Source: an uncultured Ectothiorhodospiraceae bacterium
GTDB taxonomy: Bacteria; Pseudomonadota; Gammaproteobacteria; Nitrococcales; Halorhodospiraceae
Length of the DNA stretch: 64,000 nucleotides
Direction: 5' to 3'
NCBI GenBank assembly: GCA_913055765.1
Contig: CAJXKI010000001.1
Coordinates: 86 to 64,085 of the forward strand
Part shown: one piece after another, positions 1 through 11,112 of the stretch
Position numbering within the stretch: the stretch's first letter is position 1
Layout of the letters: each line of letters begins with the position of its first letter
Made by a program: the position numbers and the translations under genes
The notes under the pieces: generated by a model
Told to the model about the DNA's origin: nothing
Database searches by the model: none
The model's input: the letters and a program-made list of their open reading frames with translations, nothing else

Positions 1-125
1 TTGAGCACGCCGTGGGTCATCGCCCCCTCGAGGCCGATGGGGCTCGGCGCGGCGAGGACCTCACGCATCCGGGCGAACTGCTCCTCCGGCATGGGCTGGG
101 TCCAGGGCTGGCTCTGCTGGCTCAT
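1..125 (-). CDS. Probable M42-family peptidase, N-terminal part (runs off the window start)
   Basis: Not in the ORF track. Minus strand reads MSQQSQPWTQPMPEEQFARMREVLAAPSPIGLEGAMTHGVL from ATG 125, with a GAGGAG RBS. The PSPxGxE motif fits the M42/M20/M28 N-terminus. Confidence 0.65.
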   Translation of the reverse strand, partial: MSQQSQPWTQPMPEEQFARMREVLAAPSPIGLEGAMTHGVL

Positions 126-148
126 GGGGCTCCTCTCGCGTAGCGGGG

Positions 149-1483
149 ATGGATTGGGCGATACTGGCTCGCCACGCCTCCTACCATAGCGCAGCAGGCA
201 CCGTGGCACCGAACCGCAGCACCGCTAGCGCCGGACTGGACGTCGGCACCTCCGGCTGCAAGGCCGCCGTCGTGGACCACCGGGGCGGGGTACTGGCCCG
301 CTCCCGCATCGCGTGGCCCGACGGGTGCATGCCCGCAGACCCGGGCACCTGGGGAGCGGTCGCGGAGGCCGCCCTGGCGGCCGCCCTGTCCCGGACACGC
401 CGCCGCGTGGATGCCGTGGCGGTGGCCGGCACCTCCGGCACCGTGCTGTGGACGGCGCCGGACGGCACGCCGCTCACCCCCGCCATGCGGTACGATGAGC
501 CGGCCGCCGCGACCTGGGCGGCGGCCATCGCCGAGCACGCCCCGGCAGCGAGCGGCGCCCACGGCGCCGGCTCAGGGCTGGCCCGCGGCCTGCATCTCGC
601 CGCCGCCTACGGGGTCCGCGGGCCCTGCCGGCTGCTCAGCCAGGCCGACTGGATCGCCGGGCGCCTGTGCGGGCGCTTCGATGCCACCGACGAGAACAAC
701 GCCCTCAAGCTGGGCTACGACCCGGCGGCGCGCCGCTGGCCGGCGTGGCTGCAGGCCCTGCCCCTAGCCGAGGGCTGCCTGCCCAGCGCCCACGCCCCCG
801 GCACGACGATAGGTACCGTCCGGGCCGAGGCCGCCCGGGCCACCTCCCTGGCGGAGGGCTGCCGCGTGGCCGCCGGCACCACCGACTCCATCGCCGGCTT
901 CCTGGCCACCGGCGCCGACGAGGACGGCGAGGCCGTCACCTCCCTGGGCACCACCCTGGCGCTGAAGCAGCCCACGGCGCAGCCGGTCTTCTCGCCGGCG
1001 CACGGCGTCTACAGCCACCGGCTCGGGGCGCGCTTCCTCGCCGGCGGGGCCTCCAACTGCGGCGCCGGCATCCTGGCCCACTACTTCACCGACGAGGAGC
1101 TCGAGGCCCTCACCGCGCGGCTCGACCCGGAGCGCGACACCGGGCTGGGCTACTACCCGCTGCCCGCCCCCGGCGAGCGCTTCCCCTACGCCGACCCGGA
1201 CCTGGAGCCGCGCCTGGAGCCGTGCCCCGCGGAGCCGGCGCGATTCCTGCAAGGGCTGATGGAGGGCGTCGCCGCCGTAGAGGCCGAGGGCTACCGGCGC
1301 CTGCAGGCGCTCGGCGCCCCGCCCCTGCGGCGCGTCATTACCGTCGGCGGCGGCGCCGCCAATCCGGCCTGGCGGCGCATCCGCAGCCGCTACCTCGGGG
1401 TGCCGGTGGAGACTGCCGCGGAGGATGAGGCGGCGGTGGGCGCGGCGTACCTGGCGGGACGTGCAGGCGCCCCCCTCGCCTAG
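149..1483 (+). CDS. FGGY-family carbohydrate kinase (D-ribulose-kinase-like); true start may be GTG 203
   Basis: GLDVGTSG, GTSGT, GTTDSIA, GGASN and VGGGA motifs. Confidence 0.85.
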   Translation: MDWAILARHASYHSAAGTVAPNRSTASAGLDVGTSGCKAAVVDHRGGVLARSRIAWPDGCMPADPGTWGAVAEAALAAALSRTRRRVDAVAVAGTSGTVLWTAPDGTPLTPAMRYDEPAAATWAAAIAEHAPAASGAHGAGSGLARGLHLAAAYGVRGPCRLLSQADWIAGRLCGRFDATDENNALKLGYDPAARRWPAWLQALPLAEGCLPSAHAPGTTIGTVRAEAARATSLAEGCRVAAGTTDSIAGFLATGADEDGEAVTSLGTTLALKQPTAQPVFSPAHGVYSHRLGARFLAGGASNCGAGILAHYFTDEELEALTARLDPERDTGLGYYPLPAPGERFPYADPDLEPRLEPCPAEPARFLQGLMEGVAAVEAEGYRRLQALGAPPLRRVITVGGGAANPAWRRIRSRYLGVPVETAAEDEAAVGAAYLAGRAGAPLA

Positions 1484-1558
1484 CCGCGCCCCTGCCGATG
1501 CCCTGGACGGCGCCGCGGAGGCGGCGACGCAGGCCGCCGCGGCGCTGGGGCCGAGGAG

Positions 1559-1664
1559 GCTGGTGGTGCCCGGTGTGCCCCGAGCGGAGGGTCGAGCCTC
1601 ATCCCGTGAGGCCGCCACCCTCCCTGATGGTCACCTCCGTCGAGGCACACCGCGCACCGCCAGC
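1559..1664. repeat. Long imperfect inverted repeat, arm 1 (core GGTGTGCCCCG...CGAGGCACACC)
   Basis: gctggtggtgcccggtgtgccccgagcggagg pairs with cctccgtcgaggcacaccgcgcaccgccagc (~30 bp, few mismatches). Confidence 0.8.
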
Positions 1665-1725
1665 GGCTCCCCTGCTGCGCGCCGGAACCCCCAGAACGGG
1701 CTGGAGCTCGAGGCCTCCGCCTCAA

Positions 1726-1828
1726 GCGCCACCTGGTGTGCCCCGGACGCCGGGAGGCACCTCTCCCTGGCCATCCGGCGACCTCCCTGTCAGGCACGCC
1801 CCCCCGTCCGAGGCACACCGGGTGGCGC
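1726..1828. repeat. Long imperfect inverted repeat, arm 2 (same core as arm 1)
   Basis: gcgccacctggtgtgccccggacg pairs with cgtccgaggcacaccgggtggcgc (24 bp, 2 non-Watson-Crick positions). Confidence 0.8.
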
Positions 1829-2172
1829 CATCACGCCCGGCAGCCGCCGCCCGGATACAGGCCAGGCGGCTCGCCGGCATGTGCGAGGCGAAGGGGGGAT
1901 GGGAGGCGAGCGTTCGACGGGGTCGAGCCATCCTCCATGGCCATCGAGCTCCTTGCCGATCTCTCCTTGTGCGCTGTCCGTAGCCCTGCAGCCCTAGCGG
2001 GCTGGCTAGAGACGATACCACCCTGGCCATCGCCGTCAATACTGTAGGCTGCGGGGCCGCCCCGGGGGGCACGGTAGACCATGGCCCCGTTGCGCGGCAG
2101 ACTCGGCCGGCAGCCCCGGAGCCTCGCGGCCCTGGGGGCGCGACCACGCACCGCAAGCCGCTTGGAGCGCCG

Positions 2173-3531
<1,359 letters not shown>

Positions 3532-3542
3532 CAGGCGCCCCG

Positions 3543-4265
3543 ATGCCCCGACTGTTCGTCCCGCAATCGCTGACCCCGGACGAGACCCTGGAGCTCACCG
3601 CCGACGCCGCTGCCCACGCCCGGGCGCTGCGGCTGCGGCCCGGCGATCCGGTGACGCTGTTCAACGGCGCCGGCGGCGAGCACCCGAGCGAGGTCACGGC
3701 CGTGGAGCGCCGCCGGGTGGCGGTGCGCGTGGGCGCGCACCACGCGGTGGAGCGGGAGCTGCCGGTGCCGGTGCAGCTCCTGCAGGCGGTGGGCAAGGGC
3801 GAGCGCATGGACACCGCGGTGGAGAAGGCCACCGAGCTGGGGGTCGCGGAGATCGTGCCGGTGCTCACCGAGCGGACCGTGGTCCGGCTCGACGACCCGA
3901 GGCGGGCGGCCAAGCGCCAGCGCCACTGGGCGGCGGTGGCCCGCAGCGCCTGCGAGCAGTGCGGCCGCAACACGCCGCCCCGCATCGCCGAGCCGGTGGC
4001 GCTGCGCCAGGCTTGGCAGCAGGCAGCAGACTACCCGCTGCGGCTGACCCTGGACCCGCTGGCGGCCCCCCGGCTGAGCAGCCTCGCCGGGGGGCAGGCG
4101 ACGGCGCTGCTCATCGGCCCGGAGGGCGGGCTCAGCCCCGCGGAGCTGGAGGCGGCGGCGGCCAGCGGCTTCCAGCGCGGCCGGATGGGCCCCCGCGTGC
4201 TGCGTACCGAGACCGCCGCTGCCGCCGCCCTCGCCGCGATCGGCGTCGCCCTCGGCGAGCTGTGA
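3543..4265 (+). CDS. rsmE: 16S rRNA m3U1498 methyltransferase
   Basis: KATELGV, ACEQCGR, IGPEGG, LRTETA. Confidence 0.96.
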   Translation: MPRLFVPQSLTPDETLELTADAAAHARALRLRPGDPVTLFNGAGGEHPSEVTAVERRRVAVRVGAHHAVERELPVPVQLLQAVGKGERMDTAVEKATELGVAEIVPVLTERTVVRLDDPRRAAKRQRHWAAVARSACEQCGRNTPPRIAEPVALRQAWQQAADYPLRLTLDPLAAPRLSSLAGGQATALLIGPEGGLSPAELEAAAASGFQRGRMGPRVLRTETAAAAALAAIGVALGEL

Positions 4266-4335
4266 CGCCCGATCGCTCGTGCCGGCGAGGCTCGGTTACA
4301 ATGCGGCTGACACCCCTGCAGCCGTGAATGTGCCC

Positions 4336-5280
4336 ATGCCTGCCCGACTCGGCGTCGTGATGGACCCCATCAGCGCCATCAAGCCGTCCAAGGACGCCAC
4401 CCTCGCCCTGCTGCTCGAGGCGCAGCGCCGCGGCTACGAGCTCTGGTACCTGGAGCCCCGCGACCTCTACGCCGACGGCGGCCTCGCCCGCGGGCGGGCG
4501 AGGCCGCTGATCGTCCACGACGATCCACGCCACTGGTACAGCCTGGACGAGCCTGCGGAAACGGCGCTGCACGAGCTGGGGACCCTGCTCATGCGCCAGG
4601 ACCCGCCGGTGGACGCCGCCTACCTCAATGCCACGCACCTGCTCTCGCTGGCCGAGGCGCAGGGGGCGCGGGTCATCAACCGGCCAGCGGCCCTGCGGGA
4701 CGCCAACGAGAAGCTCTTCGCCCTGCACTGGCCGCACCTGTGCCCGGCGACCCGGGTCTCCGCCGAGCCGGCGGCGCTACGCCGGTTCATCGCCGAGCAG
4801 GGCAAGGCGGTGCTCAAGCCCCTGGACGCCATGGGCGGGGCATCGGTCTTCGTCCTCGGCGACGGCGACCCCAACACCACCGTGGTCCTGGAGACCCTCA
4901 CCGACGGCGGCCGGCGCTACGCCATGGCCCAGCAGTACCTGCCGCAGATCGCCAAGGGGGATAAGCGGGTGCTGGTCTTCGGCGGCACCCCCTACCCGCA
5001 CGCCCTGGCGCGGGTGCCGGCGCGGGGCGAGACGCGGGGCAACCTCGCCGCCGGCGGCAGCGGCGAGGCGGCACCGGTCACCGAGCGCGAGCGCGCCGCC
5101 TGCGCCGAGCTGTCCCCCACCCTGCGCGCCCTCGGCCTGGAGCTGGTCGGGCTGGACTTCATCGGCGAGCACCTGACCGAGATCAACGTCACCAGCCCCA
5201 CCTGCCTCCGGGAGATCGATGCCCTGTGCGGGGTCAACACCGCCGGCGCCCTCTTCGACCACCTGGAGGGCCGGGCGTGA
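4336..5280 (+). CDS. gshB: Glutathione synthase
   Basis: VMDPI, MRQDPP, RGNLAAGG, EINVTSPTC; ATG 4336 chosen as start. Confidence 0.96.
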   Translation: MPARLGVVMDPISAIKPSKDATLALLLEAQRRGYELWYLEPRDLYADGGLARGRARPLIVHDDPRHWYSLDEPAETALHELGTLLMRQDPPVDAAYLNATHLLSLAEAQGARVINRPAALRDANEKLFALHWPHLCPATRVSAEPAALRRFIAEQGKAVLKPLDAMGGASVFVLGDGDPNTTVVLETLTDGGRRYAMAQQYLPQIAKGDKRVLVFGGTPYPHALARVPARGETRGNLAAGGSGEAAPVTERERAACAELSPTLRALGLELVGLDFIGEHLTEINVTSPTCLREIDALCGVNTAGALFDHLEGRA

Positions 5281-6353
5281 TCCGCCCTGGGGCGGCCAAC
5301 GCCGGGCGCCGCGCCACGCGTGCCCGCCGCCGGCTGGCGGCCTGGGCCCTAGCCACCGCCGTGGCCCTGGCCGGCTGCAGCCAGGGGCCGGACAGCGCCC
5401 AGCTGCGCTTCCTCTCGCTGGGCACCCAGGTGGAGGTGAGCGTCCGCGATACCGGCGGCGGCAGCCCCCAGGCCGCCGCCGAGGCGGCCCGGGCCGAGAT
5501 CGAGGCCATCGACGAGGCCTGGCAGCCGACCCGCGGCTCCGAGCTGGGCAGGCTGAACGAGCGCCTCGCCGAGGGCCAGCCCATGGCGGTCAGCGACGAG
5601 CTGATCGCCGTCCTCGAGCGGGCCCGGGCGATCGAGGCGAAGACCGGCGGCCGCTTCAGCCCGGCCATCGGCGGGCTCATCGAGCTGTGGGGCTTCTCCT
5701 CGGCGGATGGTCCGCTATCGGCGCCGCCTCCCGAGGCGGAGATCCAGGCCTGGGTCCAGAAGGCGCCGCGTGTCGCCGACCTGCGCTGGGACGAGGACAA
5801 CCGCGTCAGCACCCGCAACGAGGCCGTGCGCCTCGATCTCGGCGGCATCGGCAAGGGCTTCGCCGGGCAGCAGGCCGCCGAGGCGCTGCGCGAGCACGGC
5901 GCGCGCAGCGCACTGGTCAGCCTAGGCGGCGACCTGGTCACCGTGGGCAAGCCCGCGGGACGGCCGTGGCGGATGGGCGTCCGGGACCCCCGCGATGACA
6001 GCGTGCTCGCCGCCGTCGAGGCCCGTGCCGACGAGAGCGTGTTCACCTCCGGCGACTACGAGCGGAGCTTCACCCACGAGGATCGGCGCTACCACCACAT
6101 CCTCGACCCGACTACCGGCTACCCGGCCATGGGCAGCCGCTCGGTGACGGTCATCCACGAGGACCCGGTCCTCGCCGATGCGGCGGCCACCGCGCTGTTC
6201 ATCGCCGGCCCGGAGGACTGGCGGGCGCTGGCCGAGCGGCTCGGGATCCGCCACGTGCTGCTCATCGACAACGACGGCGAGGCCTGGCTGACCGAGGCCA
6301 TGGCGGCGCGGGTGGAGATGCGCCACGAGCCGGAGGCGGTCCATGTCGAGTAG
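5277..6353 (+). CDS. apbE: FAD:protein FMN transferase (ApbE) lipoprotein
   Basis: Lipobox LAGC, DLGGIGKG, TSGDYER, HHILDPTTG, ADAAATA; GTG start overlaps the gshB stop. Confidence 0.92.
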   Translation: MIRPGAANAGRRATRARRRLAAWALATAVALAGCSQGPDSAQLRFLSLGTQVEVSVRDTGGGSPQAAAEAARAEIEAIDEAWQPTRGSELGRLNERLAEGQPMAVSDELIAVLERARAIEAKTGGRFSPAIGGLIELWGFSSADGPLSAPPPEAEIQAWVQKAPRVADLRWDEDNRVSTRNEAVRLDLGGIGKGFAGQQAAEALREHGARSALVSLGGDLVTVGKPAGRPWRMGVRDPRDDSVLAAVEARADESVFTSGDYERSFTHEDRRYHHILDPTTGYPAMGSRSVTVIHEDPVLADAAATALFIAGPEDWRALAERLGIRHVLLIDNDGEAWLTEAMAARVEMRHEPEAVHVE

Positions 6354-6437
6354 CCGGGCGAGCCCCCGAGGGCGGCGGGCGGCCGCGCTGCGCGCGACCC
6401 TTGCCCCGCCAGCAGGGGGTAACGGATACTGGTCCCC

Positions 6438-7019
6438 ATGACAGAGCTAGCCACCCAAGGGAGCGGCGACCGGCTGACCAACCAGTTCCTGATCGCCATG
6501 CCCACGCTGGATGACCCCAACTTCGCGCAGACGGTGACCCTCATCTGCGAGCACTCCGAGGAGGGGGCCATGGGGGTGGTCATCAACCGGTCCACGGAGG
6601 TCACGCTGGGGGATCTGTTCCAGCACCTGGACCTGGAGATCGCCGAGGGCAGCCCCCAGGAGCGGACCGTCTTCGCCGGCGGCCCGATCCAGCGCGAGCG
6701 GGGCTTCGTGCTGCACCCGGCAGGGCCGCAGTGGGAGGCCACCACGCGGATCTCCGAGGAGGTGGCCCTGACCACCTCCCGCGACATCCTCGCCGACCTG
6801 GCTCGGGGCGAGGGACCGGAGCGCTTCCTGGTGGCCCTCGGCTACGCCGGCTGGGAGGCCGGGCAGCTGGAGGAGGAGCTGGCGCAGAACGCCTGGCTCT
6901 CCGGCCCGGTGGACCCCGAGGTCATCTTCGAGGCCGCGCCGGAGGAGCGCTGGCGGGCCGCCGCGGCCCAGCTGGGCGTGGACATCTCGCTACTCGCCCC
7001 GGAGAGCGGCCATGCCTGA
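6438..7019 (+). CDS. yqgE: YqgE/AlgH family protein
   Basis: FLIAMP, GAMGVVIN, GGP, LGYAGW..GQLEEE. Confidence 0.95.
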   Translation: MTELATQGSGDRLTNQFLIAMPTLDDPNFAQTVTLICEHSEEGAMGVVINRSTEVTLGDLFQHLDLEIAEGSPQERTVFAGGPIQRERGFVLHPAGPQWEATTRISEEVALTTSRDILADLARGEGPERFLVALGYAGWEAGQLEEELAQNAWLSGPVDPEVIFEAAPEERWRAAAAQLGVDISLLAPESGHA

Positions 7020-7440
7020 CCCGGACAGCGGCACGGTGCTCGGCTTCGACCCCGGGCAGCGGCGCATCGGCGTCGCCGTCGGCGAGGCGCTGCTCGGTAC
7101 GGCGCGGGGCCTGGCGACCCTGCCGGCGCGGAACGGCCAGCCGGAGTGGGCCGAGGTGGCGGCCCTTCTGGAGCGCTGGGCGCCCCAGGCCCTGGTCGTC
7201 GGCCTGCCCAGCCACGCCGACGGCACCGACTCGGACAGCACCGCCCTCGCCCGGCGCCTCGCCGGCCGCCTGCACGGGCGCTTCGGCCTGCCGGCGCACA
7301 CCGTCGACGAGCGCCTCTCCTCCCACGCCGCGGAGGAGCGGCTCGAGCCGCGGCAGCGCCAGCGGGATCCGCAGGCGATCCACGCCGAGGCGGCCGCAGT
7401 CATCCTGGAGACCTACTTCGCCCAGCAGGGTAGGGCATGA
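7012..7440 (+). CDS. ruvX: Holliday junction resolvase-like / pre-16S rRNA nuclease RuvX (YqgF)
   Basis: LGFDPGQRRIGVAVG, VVGLP, VDERLSS; directly follows yqgE. Confidence 0.93.
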   Translation: MPDPDSGTVLGFDPGQRRIGVAVGEALLGTARGLATLPARNGQPEWAEVAALLERWAPQALVVGLPSHADGTDSDSTALARRLAGRLHGRFGLPAHTVDERLSSHAAEERLEPRQRQRDPQAIHAEAAAVILETYFAQQGRA

Positions 7441-7949
7441 GCGAGACGGATCTCGACATCCCGCAGCTGCTCGACAGCGTCGCCGCGGCAGCCACCAATG
7501 AGCTCCAGGCGCGCGAGATCCGCTCGCCGATCCTGGTCGGCATCCACACCGGCGGCGTCTGGGTCGCCGAGGCGCTCCATGAGCGGCTCCAGGCGCGGCC
7601 GCCGGTGGGTACCCTGGAGGTCGCCTTCCACCGCGACGATCACGCCAGCTCGGGGCTCAAGGCCGCGGTGCAGAGCTCCGAGGTCCCCGTGAGCCTACAG
7701 GATCAGCCGGTACTGCTCGTCGACGACGTCATCCACACGGGCCGTACCACCCGTGCTGCCCTCAACGCCCTGTTCGACTACGGCCGCCCCAGCCAGGTGC
7801 TGCTCGCGGTGCTCGTCGACCGCGGCGGCCGCGAGCTGCCCATCCAGCCGGATATCGCCGGCACGCGGCTGACGCTGCCCGCCGGGCAGCGGCTCAAGCT
7901 GCGCGGCCCGGAGCCGCTGCGCTTCACGCTAGAGGGAGGCCCATCGTGA
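7437..7949 (+). CDS. pyrR: PyrR (pyrimidine regulatory protein / uracil phosphoribosyltransferase)
   Basis: [29 protein letters not shown]. Confidence 0.94.
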   Translation: MSETDLDIPQLLDSVAAAATNELQAREIRSPILVGIHTGGVWVAEALHERLQARPPVGTLEVAFHRDDHASSGLKAAVQSSEVPVSLQDQPVLLVDDVIHTGRTTRAALNALFDYGRPSQVLLAVLVDRGGRELPIQPDIAGTRLTLPAGQRLKLRGPEPLRFTLEGGPS

Positions 7950-8932
7950 GCGTCCAGCTCGACCCGCAGGGCCAGCTGCGCCACCTGATCAATACCGAGG
8001 GGCTGCCGCGGGATCTGCTCACCCGCATCCTCGACACCGCCGAGTCGTTCTCGGAGGTGCTCGGCAAGTCCGTCAAGAAGGTCCCCCTGCTGCGGGGCCG
8101 GACCATCGTCAACCTGTTCTTCGAGCCGAGCACGCGCACCCGCACCACCTTCGAGCTCGCCGCCCAGCGCCTGTCCGCCGACGTGCTCAACATCGACGTG
8201 GCCACCTCCTCCACCAGCAAGGGGGAGAACCTGCTGGACATGCTGCGCAACCTCGAGGCCATGCAGTGCGACGCCTTCGTGGTGCGCCACGCGGACAGCG
8301 GCGCGGCGGAGTTCATCGCCCGCAACGTCGCCCCTGGGGTCTCGGTGATCAACGCCGGCGACGGCCGCCACGCCCACCCCACCCAGGCCCTGCTGGACGC
8401 CTTCACCATCCGCCGCCAGAAGGGCCCCCTCGAGCCGCTGACCATCGCCATCGTCGGCGATATCCTCCACTCCCGGGTGGCGCGCTCACAGATCCACGCC
8501 CTGCTCGGGCTCGGCGCCGGCGAGGTGCGGGTCATCGCCCCCCGGACCCTGCTGCCGCGGGCCATCGAGCGTCTCGGGGTACGGGTCCACGAGGACATGG
8601 ACGCCGGCCTCGAGGGCGCAGATGTTGTCATGATGCTGCGCTTGCAGCACGAGCGCATGCAGGGGGCGCTGCTGCCCAGCGAGGGGGAGTTCTTCTCGCG
8701 CTACGGGCTCACCGAGCAGCGCCTGGAGCGCACCCACCCGGAGGCCATCGTCATGCACCCTGGCCCGGTCAACCGCGGCGTCGAGCTCGACCCGCGGGTC
8801 GCCGACGGCCCGCGCTCGGTGATCCTCCAGCAGGTCACCAACGGCATCGCCGTGCGCATGGCGGTGATGTCCATCGTCCTCGGCGGCCAGGGCGAGGCGC
8901 CTACGGGGCCCATCGAGGAGGTGGCGGGTTGA
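7946..8932 (+). CDS. pyrB: Aspartate carbamoyltransferase catalytic subunit
   Basis: [26 protein letters not shown]. Confidence 0.97.
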   Translation: MSVQLDPQGQLRHLINTEGLPRDLLTRILDTAESFSEVLGKSVKKVPLLRGRTIVNLFFEPSTRTRTTFELAAQRLSADVLNIDVATSSTSKGENLLDMLRNLEAMQCDAFVVRHADSGAAEFIARNVAPGVSVINAGDGRHAHPTQALLDAFTIRRQKGPLEPLTIAIVGDILHSRVARSQIHALLGLGAGEVRVIAPRTLLPRAIERLGVRVHEDMDAGLEGADVVMMLRLQHERMQGALLPSEGEFFSRYGLTEQRLERTHPEAIVMHPGPVNRGVELDPRVADGPRSVILQQVTNGIAVRMAVMSIVLGGQGEAPTGPIEEVAG

Positions 8933-10236
8933 GCCGGATCCACGTCCGCGGCGGGCACGTCGTCGATCCTGCCTGCGGGCTGAGCGAGCCGCGCGATGTC
9001 TACATCGCTGACGGCCGCATCCTCGCCGTCGGCGAGGCGCCGGCGGGCTTCACCGCCGATCGGACCATCGCCGCCGAGGGGCAGGTCGTGGCCCCCGGGC
9101 TGGTGGACACGGCGGCGCGCCTGCGCGAGCCGGGCGCCTCGCGCAAGGGCGGCATCATCCCCGAGGCGCAGGCCGCAGCCGCCGGCGGGATCACCACCCT
9201 GGCCTACCCGCCCGACACCCGGCCGGTCATGGACACCCCTTCCGTGGTGGAGCTGGTGCACAGCCGCTGCCAGGCCGCCGGCGCCGCCCGGGTGCAGCCG
9301 CTCGGCGCCCTGACCCGCAACCTCGAGGGCGAGTACCTCGCCGAGATGGCCGCGCTGCGCGACGCCGGCTGCGTCGCGGTCTCCGACGGCGGCCACCCCG
9401 TGGCCAACGCCCTGGTCCTGCGCCGCGCCATGGACTACGCCGCCACGTTCTCCCTGCCCGTGATGCTCACCCCCGAGGACCCGGCCCTAGCCGAGGGCGG
9501 CCGCGTCCATGAGGGCGAGACCGCCACACGGCTGGGGCTGCCGGGCCAGCCCGCGGCCACCGAGACCGCCGCGGTCGGCCAGATCCTGGCCCTGGTGGAG
9601 GAGAGCGGCACGCCGATCCACCTGGGCCGGCTGTCCACCGCGCGCGCGGCGGAGATGGTCGCCGAGGCGCAGCGGGCGAGGCTGCCGGTGACCGCCGACG
9701 TGGCCATCCATCAGCTGCTGCTCACCGAGCACAACTGCGACGAGTACAATACCGAGGCCCTGGTCCGCCCGCCCTTCCGCACCGCCGCGGACAGGGACGG
9801 GCTGCGCCGGGCGGTGGCTGAGGGCACCATCTCCGCGATCTGCTCGGACCACCAGCCCCACGACCCGGACGCCAAGGCGTGCCCCTTCGCCGACAGCGAG
9901 GCCGGGCTCAGCGGCTTGGACACCCTCCTCCCCCTGGCCCTGCGCCTGGTGGACGAGGGGCTGCTGAGCCTCGCCGAGGCCATCCACCGGGTCTGCCTCG
10001 GCCCAGCGCGCGCGCTGGGCCTGCCCGCTGGCACCCTGGCGCCGGGCAGTATCGCGGACATAGCCATCATCGACCCACGGGCGGCGTGGCGGGTCACCCC
10101 GGAGAGCCTGCGCAGCCGCGGCCGCAACACCCCCTTCATCGGCTGGGACCTGGCCGGGCAGGCCACGGCCACCCTCGTCGGCGGGCGCGTCGCCCACCCT
10201 GGTAATGAAGCCGAACCGAGCCGGAGGCAACTGTGA
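8929..10236 (+). CDS. pyrC: Dihydroorotase-like protein, probably inactive PyrC'
   Basis: TTG start overlaps the pyrB stop. APGLVD..RLREPG, AGGIT, SDHQPH. The HxH metal ligands are missing (DTAARL). Confidence 0.88.
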   Translation: MSRIHVRGGHVVDPACGLSEPRDVYIADGRILAVGEAPAGFTADRTIAAEGQVVAPGLVDTAARLREPGASRKGGIIPEAQAAAAGGITTLAYPPDTRPVMDTPSVVELVHSRCQAAGAARVQPLGALTRNLEGEYLAEMAALRDAGCVAVSDGGHPVANALVLRRAMDYAATFSLPVMLTPEDPALAEGGRVHEGETATRLGLPGQPAATETAAVGQILALVEESGTPIHLGRLSTARAAEMVAEAQRARLPVTADVAIHQLLLTEHNCDEYNTEALVRPPFRTAADRDGLRRAVAEGTISAICSDHQPHDPDAKACPFADSEAGLSGLDTLLPLALRLVDEGLLSLAEAIHRVCLGPARALGLPAGTLAPGSIADIAIIDPRAAWRVTPESLRSRGRNTPFIGWDLAGQATATLVGGRVAHPGNEAEPSRRQL

Positions 10237-11093
10237 GCGAATCGCCCAACGTCATCGACGTAACCGCGGAGGACTTCAAGGAGCAGGCCATCGATGCCTC
10301 CATGCAGCAGCCTGTCCTGATCTACTTCTGGGCGGAATGGTGCCAGCCTTGCAAGACCCTCAGCCCCGCCCTGGAGAAGCTCGCCGACGAGTACAAGGGC
10401 GCCTTCCGCCTGGCCAAGGTGGACTGCGATCAGCAGCAGCAGCTCGCCGCGCAGGTAGGGGTGCAGAGCCTGCCCACCGCGCTCCTGGTCAAGGAGGGCC
10501 AGCCGGTGGACCAGTTCACGGGCGCCGTCCCCGAGGGCGAGCTGCGCCAGTGGCTCGACCAGTACGTGGAGGCCCCCCAGGCGGATCCGCTCGAGCAGGC
10601 CCGCGAGCTGCTGAGCGCCGGCCGCTCCAGCGAGGCGGTGCCCTACCTGCGCGCGGCGCGGGAGCAGCACCCGGACGACACCAGCGTAGCCCTCGACCTC
10701 GCCCGCGCCCTGCTGCAGAGCGGCGAGACCGAGGAGGCCGTCAGCCTCGTCGAGGGGCTGTCGAGCAGCGACCAGCAGGACCCCCGGGCCCAGGGGATCC
10801 TGGCGCGCAAGGAGTTCGCCGAGCGGGTGCGCGAGCTGCCGGCGCTAGAGGAGCTGGAGCAGCGCCTCGAGGCGGATGCCAGCGACGGCCAGACCCGCCT
10901 GGGGCTGGCGCTACACCTCGTGGTCGCCGGCGGCGAGCTGGAGGCGCTCGACCACCTGCTGCACCTCGTCCAGCGCGACCCGGAGCACCGCGACGAGGCC
11001 CACCAGGTGGCGCTGCAGGTGCTCGGCATGCTCGGCCCGGAGCACCCGGAGGCGCGGCGCTACCGGCAGCGCCTGTTCCAGCTGCTGCACTGA
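10233..11093 (+). CDS. cnoX: Thioredoxin-TPR chaperedoxin (YbbN/CnoX family)
   Basis: N-terminal thioredoxin domain with WCQPC, TPR helices, C-terminal YRQRLFQLLH. Confidence 0.88.
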   Translation: MSESPNVIDVTAEDFKEQAIDASMQQPVLIYFWAEWCQPCKTLSPALEKLADEYKGAFRLAKVDCDQQQQLAAQVGVQSLPTALLVKEGQPVDQFTGAVPEGELRQWLDQYVEAPQADPLEQARELLSAGRSSEAVPYLRAAREQHPDDTSVALDLARALLQSGETEEAVSLVEGLSSSDQQDPRAQGILARKEFAERVRELPALEELEQRLEADASDGQTRLGLALHLVVAGGELEALDHLLHLVQRDPEHRDEAHQVALQVLGMLGPEHPEARRYRQRLFQLLH

Positions 11094-11112
11094 GCCGGCG
11101 GGCCGGGCGAGG

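Larger units (their letters stand above)
1500..2035 (-). ncRNA. Candidate CsrB/RsmZ-like sRNA (CsrA/RsmA sponge); ends approximate
   Basis: No credible ORF. Eight ANGGA motifs on the minus strand in 1621-1981, several in short hairpin loops. TACAGT -10-like hexamer at 2046-2041. Confidence 0.55.

Noticed and set aside
1559..1828. CRISPR or integron attC interpretation of the two arms
   Set aside because: Only two units, no repeat-spacer periodicity, no cas or intI gene, no RYYYAAC/GTTRRRY ends
1425..2047. Overlapping ORFs in the FGGY-bioA gap, including a 37-aa minus-strand ORF MAMEDGSTP after AAGGAG
   Set aside because: Pro/Arg/Ala-rich with no recognisable motifs. The SD-like sequences are better explained as GGA loops, although translation cannot be excluded.
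7437..7949. PyrR attenuator leader
   Set aside because: pyrR overlaps ruvX, leaving no room for a leader
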